A DNA stretch of 47,868 bases from a virus (taxonomy: Duplodnaviria > Caudoviricetes). The position numbers and the translations under genes were made by a program. The stretch covers positions 1 through 47,868 of the IMG/VR virus record IMGVR_UViG_3300032314_000223; one strand, 5' to 3'. Under the pieces are notes generated by a model. It saw nothing but the letters and a program-made list of their open reading frames with translations, did not search any database and was not told the DNA's origin. Below, one piece after another: positions 18,931 to 28,316 of this stretch. The first letter of the stretch is position 1, and each line of letters starts with the position of its first letter.

Positions 18931-19415
18931 TGATAGCTTTTAAAACTTTTGCTTTATGTCCAGAAGAACAAAGACCGGAAGGAATATCTCTTTCTTGTCC
19001 TTGGATAGAAGAAATTGTTCATAGTGAAGAAAAAGTTATTCAATTAATAGATGCAGGATATACAGTTCTTACCGAAGATGCATATGAAAGATATAAAAAA
19101 TCAATATCATCTCAATTATATATAGAAAATGTTATTGAAAATTCTATCTTATTTGGTGCACAATTACTTAGAGAGTTTTCTGCGGAAAACGTATTGCTAG
19201 GTATAACACAAGAAAATAAGACTGGTGAAGTTTTAACTAAACTAAGTGGAGTAATGTCGGCTATTATTGCGGGATCTTTATATGAAGCAATTAATAGAAC
19301 AAAAGCAATACCTAGCAGTGATTATGATAGTAAGTATATAACGGCAGCAAGATTAATTAAATTTTTAAATAGAATAGAAACTTATCTTGGAATACCTTTA
19401 ACAGAAACATTATAA
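18930..19415 (+). CDS. hypothetical protein (possible fibre chaperone)
   Basis: TAATG coupling to the fibre gene; alternative start at 18921. Confidence 0.55.
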   Translation: MIAFKTFALCPEEQRPEGISLSCPWIEEIVHSEEKVIQLIDAGYTVLTEDAYERYKKSISSQLYIENVIENSILFGAQLLREFSAENVLLGITQENKTGEVLTKLSGVMSAIIAGSLYEAINRTKAIPSSDYDSKYITAARLIKFLNRIETYLGIPLTETL

Positions 19416-19429
19416 AATAAAGAATAATT

Positions 19430-19921
19430 ATGGAAAATATGATAATAGGATTTTCTAAGTCAAAAGGATTTAAACCCTTTAGTTGGGCCATTAGACTTTT
19501 TGAAGGAACAAACTATTCTCATGTATATATTAAATTTGAAAATACATATTACGGAGATACTGAAATATATCAAGCAAGTAAGGGTATGGTAAATCATTTA
19601 TTAGAGCCTCAATTTTTAGTTGAAAACGAAGTACTTGCCGAGTTTTTATTGTCTTTTGAAGAAAAAAAGAATATAATAAAATTTCTTAGAGAAAGACTAG
19701 GAAGACCTTATTCCGTATCTACAGTTATTGGAATATTTTTATCTAAAGTAGGAATCATAAGTCGTAAGTTTTACGATAATGAACACGCATATATTTGCTC
19801 AGAATTAGTTGCAAGAGTTTTAAAAGAAATGAATAAGTTACCTAATACTATAGAAGTAGACAAAGCAACTCCAGAACAATTATATAATCTATGTTTACAC
19901 AATTTTACTCAAATTAAATAG
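19430..19921 (+). CDS. permuted papain-like (YiiX/YaeF-type NlpC/P60) enzyme
   Basis: His before Cys: YSHVYI ... LGRPY ... YICSELVA. Confidence 0.8.
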   Translation: MENMIIGFSKSKGFKPFSWAIRLFEGTNYSHVYIKFENTYYGDTEIYQASKGMVNHLLEPQFLVENEVLAEFLLSFEEKKNIIKFLRERLGRPYSVSTVIGIFLSKVGIISRKFYDNEHAYICSELVARVLKEMNKLPNTIEVDKATPEQLYNLCLHNFTQIK

Positions 19922-19929
19922 GAAAAACA

Positions 19930-20808
19930 ATGGCAGATCAAAAGTTTACTTCAAGTATTTTAAAACAATTAATAAATAGAATTGATGAGGGGGATTTATC
20001 TCCAGGTAGTATTGCTAAAAAATATGGAACAAAAGATGCTGTTATTTCTAAATATGGAGAAATCAGTGCTTATTTAGATAAGTATCGTCCAGACATTGCT
20101 GATAGAGAAGCTTTTGATTTATGGAAGAATGTAAAAAATCGACTTGAGAATAAATTTGAAACAGGTCGTAAATACGCAAATACTCCAGTTAAAAATACAA
20201 ATATCGACGATTTAAATAAAGGCGAAGCTATAAAAGTATCTGCTAAAGATTCTGCAGCTCAAATACTTGAACAAGATGCTTCTAAAATTGATCCATTGAC
20301 TTTTAAACAAGCTCAAAATGCTGGTGAATTTACTCCAAATTATAGCCAATTACAAAAAATGGATATAGTAGATGCTAAACAAAAAGCTCTTTCTAAGCTA
20401 ATACCAGAAGAAGAGTCTCTTTTAAAGATGGCAGCTAAAGATACCGCTAAAGTCGGAAGTGCCTTAGGACATGCGAAAGGTATAGGAAAGGTAGCAGCAA
20501 TTGGAGCAGCACTCGCAGCAACTGGGAAAGCAATGGCTGGAGAACCTGTAGATATGGATACTATTGGCGAGGGAGTTGTTAGCGCATTTACACCCGTAGC
20601 AGTAGATGCCGCAATGGGATCTATGTCAACAGACCAACCTTTAACTGAAGACCAGTACAGATTAGCTCAAGCTCAAATGAAAGCTCAATCAGATGCTGCC
20701 CGAGTAGACAAAGATATTGAAAGAGAAAATGCTAATAATGTAGATGAAGAGCTAAAACGTATGCAAAATATGGCTAAGTTTAAGAAATTACAGAGTTATC
20801 AAGAATAA
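19930..20808 (+). CDS. hypothetical protein resembling internal virion proteins
   Basis: Helical; GIGKVAAIGAALAATG amphipathic segment like that in 31086..33587. Confidence 0.5.
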   Translation: MADQKFTSSILKQLINRIDEGDLSPGSIAKKYGTKDAVISKYGEISAYLDKYRPDIADREAFDLWKNVKNRLENKFETGRKYANTPVKNTNIDDLNKGEAIKVSAKDSAAQILEQDASKIDPLTFKQAQNAGEFTPNYSQLQKMDIVDAKQKALSKLIPEEESLLKMAAKDTAKVGSALGHAKGIGKVAAIGAALAATGKAMAGEPVDMDTIGEGVVSAFTPVAVDAAMGSMSTDQPLTEDQYRLAQAQMKAQSDAARVDKDIERENANNVDEELKRMQNMAKFKKLQSYQE

Positions 20809-20816
20809 TACATATT

Positions 20817-20826
20817 TAACAACTAT
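20817..20826 (+). promoter_or_regulatory. TAACAACTAT motif, candidate late promoter
   Basis: Intergenic; precedes the acidic protein/tail adaptor/nozzle cluster. Confidence 0.6.
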
Positions 20827-20858
20827 ACTATAGGCAGTCCACATATAAGGGGTTTACA

Positions 20859-21293
20859 ATGATGAACGATAAAAAGCTAATGGCAAAAAAGCTAATGCTT
20901 AAAAGTCTTAAAGACGACATGAAACAAATGGTAGGAGAAGGTAGAAATGATCTATCTAGCCTATTAGATGGTAAAAAAATGATGAAAGTAAGCATAGCTT
21001 CTGATTCTAAAGAAGGTCTTAAAAAAGGACTTTCTAAAGCTGAAGAAATTATGAATAAAAAACTAGGAGAAGATTCTTCTGATTCTAGTGAAGAATATGA
21101 TTGTCCAGAATGTGAAGACAAAGGTTGTAAGCTTTGTGAAGAGTCTATGGATTCCGAAGAAGAAGGTCCTGAGCATGAAATGTCAGAATCTGATTCAGAA
21201 GAATCATCTGAACCAATGGATGATGAAAGTCCAGAAGAACTTAAAGCTAAAATAGCAGAATTACAGAAAAAACTTTCAAAAAAAATGGTATAA
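20859..21293 (+). CDS. hypothetical protein, basic N-terminus and acidic C-terminus, with CxxC-x3-CxxC
   Basis: DCPECEDKGCKLC inside an E/D/S-rich tract. Confidence 0.65.
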   Translation: MMNDKKLMAKKLMLKSLKDDMKQMVGEGRNDLSSLLDGKKMMKVSIASDSKEGLKKGLSKAEEIMNKKLGEDSSDSSEEYDCPECEDKGCKLCEESMDSEEEGPEHEMSESDSEESSEPMDDESPEELKAKIAELQKKLSKKMV

Positions 21294-21296
21294 TTT

Positions 21297-22238
21297 ATGA
21301 GCAGAGTCTTGACCGCAACTAAGCTGGTCGAGTCAGTTCGTAAACGTGCTATGATCCCTACGGATACAAACGTATATACTGACGAATCTATCTTAGAAAT
21401 TATAAATGAAGAAATAGACGCCGGACTATTGTCTACGCTATTAACATTACATGAAGAATATTTAGTTCATTATGAAGATTTCCAAACGGTAAACGGACAG
21501 ACTGCCTACCCTATCCCTTATCGTTCTGTTGGAAATAAGCTAAGAGGAGCTGCTCTAGTCAGTAGTTCCGGAAGCATATATGAATTATCTAGAATAAGCA
21601 TAGATCAATTGTCTGATTATAGAAACGATACTAGATCATTTAATAGAAACGTATTTTATGTAGAAAATAACTATATAAAATTTGCAGACACCCAATCTCT
21701 AAGTAGTGAATATATTAGAATGTATTACTATTTAAGACCTAACAAAATCGTACTAGAAAAATACTCTGGAAAAATTACAAATATAAATAGAACTACTGGA
21801 GTAATTACATTAAGTTCATTTCCTTCTGCATTTTCAAATTTACCTCAAATGGACTTTGTTGCATATAGAACTCCTAATAAATTACATAGTTTTGATGTGC
21901 AACCATTATCGACAGATGTAAATACTAAAACTGTAACTTTCTCGGTAGACGATATTCCTTCTGAATTAATTGTAGGGGATTACTTGTGTAATCAAGAAGA
22001 AACTCCAGTTCCTAATATACCAACAGAAATGCACCCGCTACTAGCACAAAGAGCAGCGGTACACATACTAGAGGCATTAGGCGATACTGAAGGTCTAGCA
22101 AACGCTAAAGCTAAATTACAGCAAATGGAATTATCAATTAACAATATTATAGATAATCGAGTGGAAAGTTCCCCTCAAAAGGTAACACCAAGACATTCAG
22201 CATTAATGGAATCTAGGAGACGTCGGGGAGGTTACTAG
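21297..22238 (+). CDS. head-tail adaptor / tail tubular protein A-like
   Basis: L.ESVRKRAM...D..IL..IN; GQTAYPIP; IP.EMH.LL...AA; position before the nozzle. Confidence 0.7.
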   Translation: MSRVLTATKLVESVRKRAMIPTDTNVYTDESILEIINEEIDAGLLSTLLTLHEEYLVHYEDFQTVNGQTAYPIPYRSVGNKLRGAALVSSSGSIYELSRISIDQLSDYRNDTRSFNRNVFYVENNYIKFADTQSLSSEYIRMYYYLRPNKIVLEKYSGKITNINRTTGVITLSSFPSAFSNLPQMDFVAYRTPNKLHSFDVQPLSTDVNTKTVTFSVDDIPSELIVGDYLCNQEETPVPNIPTEMHPLLAQRAAVHILEALGDTEGLANAKAKLQQMELSINNIIDNRVESSPQKVTPRHSALMESRRRRGGY

Positions 22239-25200
22239 TGTCACAAAGAGCCACGGTCATTCAAGCATTAGGACTTAGAACTTTTCTAAATGAACTAACT
22301 GCTGGAGATGGCGCATTAAAACTTGCAGAAAATGTTAATATAGATGAAAAAGGCGTTATAACTCAGCGTAGAGGATTTAACGACTACGGGTCAGCTCTTA
22401 CACTAACTGCCGATAGATGTAAACAAATATTCGAATATAAAAACAGAATACTAAGACATTTTGATACTAAAATACAATTTGATAATGGATCCGGAACTTT
22501 TAATAGTTTTGATGGATCATATAGCGAACTAGAATCTGGACTCAGAATTAAATATCAAGAAGCTAGTGGTAATATGTTTTTCACTACTTCAAACGGTATT
22601 AAAAAAATATCAGCAACAAATGCAAGTTCTTTTACAACGGCTTCTGGATATATTCTAAAATCTGGTGCAGTAAAAGCTATTGACCTAAGTGCAGCACTTC
22701 TTCCTACCACAGACGGATATCTTCCAGCTCAATCAAAATCTGCATATAGAATACTTTTTGGATATAAAGACGCTAACAACAATCTTCTTTTAGGAACTCC
22801 TAGTTCTCGATACGTATTAACAAATACTAGCGAAACTGTCAATACCTATGAAAAATCAACAATAACAGTTAGTGCATATGCGTCTATAGTAGCTAGAGAA
22901 TATATACTACTTAGTGGTAAAGATATTAATTATGTTCTATGGTTTAAGAAAAATACAACAGACACAGAACCTTTAGCTGCCGATACTCTAGGAAAAACTT
23001 TTATAGAAATCGATATAATAGGACTTGCATCAAATAATGATGTAGCTGCAAAAATTGCTTATTCTATTACTCAAAATAATACAAATTTTACGACTTCTCT
23101 TTTATCAAATGTTGTTACAATAACTTCGACAGAAGGTGCAAATACTACTGACATTTCTGAAGGTGGATCTGGTGTAACTGGAGTAACTGTTGCAACAACT
23201 TTAAACGGTCAAGTTTCGGAAGGAACTCCGGCAAATGCTCAATTAACTTTCACACTTCCGCAAGACATAAGTAATGTTTACTTCTATAGAATTTATAGAA
23301 CTAATGTTACTTCTCTTGTGGCGGGCCTAACATTAAACGATCTAGATCCTGGCGATGAGATGAGATTGGTATATGAAGAGTCTGTAACCGATACTGACAT
23401 AGCAAATGGTTACATAACAGTTGATGATATAACTCCAGAAACCTTTAGAAATAATGGCGAGAATTTATACATAAATCCAATAACCGGAGAAGGAATAAAT
23501 CAATCTAATGATGTTCCTCCAATAGCTAAAGACATAGAATTATTCAGAAATTCAATGTTTTATTCAAATACCAAGACAACTCATAAATTACAATTTAACT
23601 TATTAAGTGTAACAGACTTTGTATCAGGTTCCTCTAAGTTTATTATAGGAAATTCAGATACAACATTATCTTATACTTTTGTAGGAACTGCCGAAAATAC
23701 AACAATTACGGTAGGATCATATGCGAATACATTGCAAACAAATGCAAATAATAGTTATATATTAATTAATTCTGCTAACAATGAAAGAAAATATTATATA
23801 TGGTTTAATAAAGGAAGCGGAGTTGATCCATTAATTTCTAATAGAATAGGAATTATGGTAAATTTAAGCGATTTAAGTGGAGCAAGTAGTCCAATTGTTG
23901 CTCAAAGAATCTACGATACTCTTTTAGATATTTCAGATTTTAACGTATCTATATTATCCAATGTTCTAGATATAACTAATGTAAATAACGGAGACACTAC
24001 CAACACTACTTCAGGTACTGGGGTTCCAACAACTGACATTGGAGCAACTTGGGCCATTTCTACATCTACAGCAGGAACTGGACAAAATGCAGCATCTAGA
24101 CAAGTACTATTATCTGGACTTGCTTCAGTAGCTCAAGCTATTGAAGAAACTGCTAGATCTTTAATTTATGTAATTAATCAAGATAGTTCATCTCCAGTAA
24201 TTGCAACTTATTTATCTTCAGCTAATGATCTTCCGGGAATCATATTGTTTGAAAATGTATCATTAGAAGATAAACCATTCTATTTAGCAGTAAATCAATA
24301 TGCAATAACTCAAAAGTTTAATCCAACACTAACTAATACAAAATCAATTTCTACCGTAACTTTTTCTTCTGGATCGGGAAGTCCTGCAAAAATATTAAGT
24401 ACAGCTCATGGACTTACTACAGGAACTGAAGTATTTGTTTACTCTCCAAATACTACTCCAGCAATAAGTGGAAAATATACCGCAACAGTTATCAATGCAA
24501 ATTCATATACAATTCCTGTAAATATTACAGCACAAGATTTAGCAGGAACAAATGCTCTATGGTTCATTCCGTCAACAGCAGTTTCAGATAATTTAACATC
24601 TCCTAATAGAATATACTATTCTAAAACTAATCAGCCAGAAGCAGTTCCTATTTTGAATTATATAGATGTAGGAACTAAAGATCAAGAAATTGAAAGAATT
24701 ATAGCATTAAGAGATAACCTATTTATATTAAAAACAGATGGGGTTTACATATTATCAGGATCAACTGCTCCAAATTTTTCAGTTAGACTTTTAGATAATT
24801 CAACTAGTATTATAGCTCCAGATAGTGCTGCAGTATTAAACAATCAAATCTATTGTTTAACTACTCAAGGAATTATAACAGTAACAGAAACTGGCGTATC
24901 AATTATATCTAGAGACATTGAAAATTTAATTTTAGATGTTGCTAATAATAAATTTGATTATAGATATACATCATTTGGTGTATCATATGAAAATGATAGA
25001 TCATATATGTTATGGCTTCCTAGTTTAAAGACAGATTCTGTAGCAACTCAGTGTTATAGATTTAATACTTTTGAAAGAACTTGGACAAAGTGGACAATTA
25101 CAGCAACTTGTGGAAAAGTTAATAGTAATGATGATAAGTTGTATTTAGGGGCAGGAGATAGAAATTACATATATCAAGAACGTAAAAATAATGATAGAAC

Positions 25201-26101
25201 TGATTTTTCTGACAGACAATTTGATCTAACAATAGGATCTAATTCTGTAAATGATAAAGTAACTAGAATATCATCTTCTTCTGAAGTCGAAATAGGAGAT
25301 GTAATTTATCAAGAACAGTATATTACTATAGCAAGATTTAATAGATTATTAAGAAAGTTAGATTTAGATAATGGACTTCATGACTCCGATTACGAAAGTT
25401 CTTTAAAAATGAGTTATGGAGACAATATAACAAATTCTTTGAACTTATTAAATGCTAAACTAGTTGCTGACGATTCTAGCGGAATAGTAACATCTGTTTC
25501 ATTTTCGACTACTGGATCAGTTCTTCAAACTCAATTTAATACAATGATGGGACAATTGAATAATGTGGCTTGTGACACTTCTTTAAAAAACTATAAAACA
25601 TTTTCTGATACAGTCCCGTATGAATCTATAATTACATCTATAGATTTTAATAGAAATGAAGTAACTCAAGCATATGCAATTCCTTTAGTAGAAGGCGATG
25701 TAACAATATTCAAAGGTATTAAAGCTAAAATACAATGGCAACCTATGCATTTTGGAGATCCATCCGGATTAAAACAAATAGCCGAATCTTCAATAATGTT
25801 TGATCAAAACAATTTTTATAGTGCAACTATCTCATTTTCTTCAGATTTATCACAAAGCTTTTCAGATGTTCCTTTCCTTTCAAAAGGAGTTGGATACTGG
25901 GGATATGGAGAATTTGGCGGACAAAACTACTATTGGGGCGGAGATGGAAATGATGCACCATTTAGAACAATCGTTCCTTTACAAAAACAGAGATGTCGTT
26001 ATTTAACTATGAAGTACTCCCATATGAACGCTAGAGAAAAATGGAGAATACTTGGGGTATCGTCAGTAGTTAGAGCAATATCAAGCAGGGCATACCGATG
26101 A
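22238..26101 (+). CDS. tail nozzle / tubular protein B-like (P22 gp10/T7 gp12 functional class) with large insertions
   Basis: AENVNID..G.ITQRRG start, NRIYYSK..QPE.VP, propeller-like blades, C-terminal RCRY...WRILG; GTG start by TAGTG overlap. Confidence 0.7.
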   Translation: MSQRATVIQALGLRTFLNELTAGDGALKLAENVNIDEKGVITQRRGFNDYGSALTLTADRCKQIFEYKNRILRHFDTKIQFDNGSGTFNSFDGSYSELESGLRIKYQEASGNMFFTTSNGIKKISATNASSFTTASGYILKSGAVKAIDLSAALLPTTDGYLPAQSKSAYRILFGYKDANNNLLLGTPSSRYVLTNTSETVNTYEKSTITVSAYASIVAREYILLSGKDINYVLWFKKNTTDTEPLAADTLGKTFIEIDIIGLASNNDVAAKIAYSITQNNTNFTTSLLSNVVTITSTEGANTTDISEGGSGVTGVTVATTLNGQVSEGTPANAQLTFTLPQDISNVYFYRIYRTNVTSLVAGLTLNDLDPGDEMRLVYEESVTDTDIANGYITVDDITPETFRNNGENLYINPITGEGINQSNDVPPIAKDIELFRNSMFYSNTKTTHKLQFNLLSVTDFVSGSSKFIIGNSDTTLSYTFVGTAENTTITVGSYANTLQTNANNSYILINSANNERKYYIWFNKGSGVDPLISNRIGIMVNLSDLSGASSPIVAQRIYDTLLDISDFNVSILSNVLDITNVNNGDTTNTTSGTGVPTTDIGATWAISTSTAGTGQNAASRQVLLSGLASVAQAIEETARSLIYVINQDSSSPVIATYLSSANDLPGIILFENVSLEDKPFYLAVNQYAITQKFNPTLTNTKSISTVTFSSGSGSPAKILSTAHGLTTGTEVFVYSPNTTPAISGKYTATVINANSYTIPVNITAQDLAGTNALWFIPSTAVSDNLTSPNRIYYSKTNQPEAVPILNYIDVGTKDQEIERIIALRDNLFILKTDGVYILSGSTAPNFSVRLLDNSTSIIAPDSAAVLNNQIYCLTTQGIITVTETGVSIISRDIENLILDVANNKFDYRYTSFGVSYENDRSYMLWLPSLKTDSVATQCYRFNTFERTWTKWTITATCGKVNSNDDKLYLGAGDRNYIYQERKNNDRTDFSDRQFDLTIGSNSVNDKVTRISSSSEVEIGDVIYQEQYITIARFNRLLRKLDLDNGLHDSDYESSLKMSYGDNITNSLNLLNAKLVADDSSGIVTSVSFSTTGSVLQTQFNTMMGQLNNVACDTSLKNYKTFSDTVPYESIITSIDFNRNEVTQAYAIPLVEGDVTIFKGIKAKIQWQPMHFGDPSGLKQIAESSIMFDQNNFYSATISFSSDLSQSFSDVPFLSKGVGYWGYGEFGGQNYYWGGDGNDAPFRTIVPLQKQRCRYLTMKYSHMNAREKWRILGVSSVVRAISSRAYR

Positions 26102-26505
26102 GCCGATTAACTAATATAAAAAGAATTATAGCCGAGGATTTTGAACCTCAGTATCAAACTTTAATTTCCAGACTAGGATTCGTTTTAAACGAGTTTATGG
26201 GAGATACTGTAGATATTGTTAACGGTAATATAGATTTTGACAACTTAGCCCAAAATCTGATACAATTTGAGATAACCGTAGATAGTACTGGAAAACCTAC
26301 TAAAAACGGAAGTGTTAATGTTGGTAAGAACAACCCTACAGGAATTCAAGTAATTAGGGCTCAAAATTTAACCAACAATCTGGTATATCCGGATAGTTCG
26401 CCATTTATAAGTTATACTCCTGTTGGCAATAATATTGTAACTATAAACAATATTAAAGGACTACCTGCTAACAATAACTATAAGTTAACTATAATCGTGT
26501 ATTAG
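26098..26505 (+). CDS. small tail-associated protein
   Basis: ATGA overlap with the nozzle gene; N-terminal helix then beta domain. Confidence 0.55.
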   Translation: MSRLTNIKRIIAEDFEPQYQTLISRLGFVLNEFMGDTVDIVNGNIDFDNLAQNLIQFEITVDSTGKPTKNGSVNVGKNNPTGIQVIRAQNLTNNLVYPDSSPFISYTPVGNNIVTINNIKGLPANNNYKLTIIVY

Positions 26506-26508
26506 AAT

Positions 26509-26518
26509 TAACAACTAT
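26509..26518 (+). promoter_or_regulatory. TAACAACTAT motif, candidate late promoter
   Basis: Intergenic; precedes the ejection-protein cluster. Confidence 0.6.
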
Positions 26519-26536
26519 TGATTGAGGAACTATTCC

Positions 26537-28315
26537 ATGGCTTATTTACAACAAAATTTAGAAGATTTAAAAGATAAGGGATCTTCCGAAGTATTAAGTA
26601 ACAATCAGCCTCAAACGGGCGGACAGTCTTCTATTATAGAAGGAAGTCAACCTGGAGCTCAATTACAGCCTCAACAGTCTGCTCCCGGTTCAGTATCAAC
26701 TCCTGCTCCTAAAAAAGCATCGTCTGGACAATTTACCAATTTAAGAAGCTATTTAAATGCAAATCAAGGTGCTAGTCAAAAACTAGGACAATCTCTTACT
26801 ACTGGACTTCAAAAAGAGTCTCAGCAAGTAGGAAATGTAGTTCAACAACAAAAAGACGCACAAGCTCAACAAATTCAACAATTAGCACAGCAAAGAGCTC
26901 AAGCTCAAACTCAAGCTACTGACGTAGTAGATCAAGCTGCAGGTCTACAATCCGGTCAAGGATTAACTTCACAACAGGTAAATACTGTTCAAAATTTAAC
27001 AACAGGAAAACAAAAGTTTGAAATAGATCCTCTACAACAATTTAATGCTGCTCAACAACAAGTTAAAGCTGATGAATTAGCGCAAAGAGCTCAAGGTCTT
27101 GGATCTTTTTCAGGAAGATTTGGAGAATTATCTAGACGTTTTGGTCAAGGAGCTAAACAATATGCTCCAGGTCAAGCAAACTTAGATTCTTTTTTATTAG
27201 GATCTAAAAATGCAGATCAATTAAAGCAACAAGGTCAGCAAATATCCTCAAATCTTAATCAAAATATAGCACAAGCTGATACTTTAGCAAAACAAGATTA
27301 TAGTAATTTATTATCTCAAAATGAACTAGCTAAAAAATCAGTAAGTGATAGAATTGCTTCTCTTTTAGGAAGTCAAGAAACTAAATTACAATCTCAACTT
27401 GCTGATGCTCAAAAAGCTAGAGAAGAACAATACAATGCATATTTAAATAATAGAAAAACATTAACAAATGAAAAAACTCAATTAGCTCAAAATTTAGATG
27501 ATGCAACTCGAACATCATTTGCAAATACCGCATATAATAATTTATTTAATCCAAAAGCTACCGGAGGTAAATATTTTGGGTTAGATCAAATGATTAAAAA
27601 TGAAGTAAAGAATATGTTGGTAAAACAAGATCCTTCTTTAGCTCCTACTGGAAATGGTAGAAACTATGTTGATCGATCTGCTACAGCAGTTAATAATTAT
27701 ATTAACAAAAATTTAAAAGATCCTCGAAAACTTCAACAATTTATGACTGATAGAAATATTGGAATAGCTACTGGAGGAATTGGCGGTAGTGGAGATGATT
27801 CAATTATAAAAGAATCTTTTAGAGATGCTTTTGAAAAAAGATTAACTCCAGAACAGCAACAAGCTCTTAATATAAAAACTGATAATAATTGGTTAAAAGA
27901 TTTTGATTTAAAGAAATATTTGCCTAAACGTAATGGGCATATTGTTGGTATAAACCAATACGCTAATGCTATTCAGAAATTTGCAGAAGACAAACTTGCT
28001 CAGTCTGAGTCTAATGTTGATAAAAATCTAAGACTGTCAGGTATTGGTAAAGATTCTTTAAATAAATTAGGCGGAATTACTGGGGATCTAAACGTTGAAA
28101 CAGCCGGAAGAGCTAGAGAAAAAACTAGATATAAAGCATTAGCAGATTTATTATCTAAGTCAAATGATGAAAGATTAGTAAATACAATGAATGATCCCAT
28201 TAATAAAAGCGCACAAACTCAAGCATTAGATCAAGCTCAAGCTGAAGTACAAAAAAATCTAGATTTGCTTAGAACTACTAAAAAAGGTAAGTCCGTTAAG
28301 ATTGTAAGAAATTAA
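26537..28315 (+). CDS. Q-rich internal virion/ejection protein
   Basis: SD GAGG at 26524 supports ATG 26537; Q/A-rich coiled coil after the nozzle. Confidence 0.6.
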   Translation: MAYLQQNLEDLKDKGSSEVLSNNQPQTGGQSSIIEGSQPGAQLQPQQSAPGSVSTPAPKKASSGQFTNLRSYLNANQGASQKLGQSLTTGLQKESQQVGNVVQQQKDAQAQQIQQLAQQRAQAQTQATDVVDQAAGLQSGQGLTSQQVNTVQNLTTGKQKFEIDPLQQFNAAQQQVKADELAQRAQGLGSFSGRFGELSRRFGQGAKQYAPGQANLDSFLLGSKNADQLKQQGQQISSNLNQNIAQADTLAKQDYSNLLSQNELAKKSVSDRIASLLGSQETKLQSQLADAQKAREEQYNAYLNNRKTLTNEKTQLAQNLDDATRTSFANTAYNNLFNPKATGGKYFGLDQMIKNEVKNMLVKQDPSLAPTGNGRNYVDRSATAVNNYINKNLKDPRKLQQFMTDRNIGIATGGIGGSGDDSIIKESFRDAFEKRLTPEQQQALNIKTDNNWLKDFDLKKYLPKRNGHIVGINQYANAIQKFAEDKLAQSESNVDKNLRLSGIGKDSLNKLGGITGDLNVETAGRAREKTRYKALADLLSKSNDERLVNTMNDPINKSAQTQALDQAQAEVQKNLDLLRTTKKGKSVKIVRN

Positions 28316-28316
28316 T

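Noticed and set aside
731-26518. CRISPR array or iterons formed by the TAACAACTAT repeats
   Set aside because: Only 10 bp long and dispersed over 26 kb, not regularly spaced
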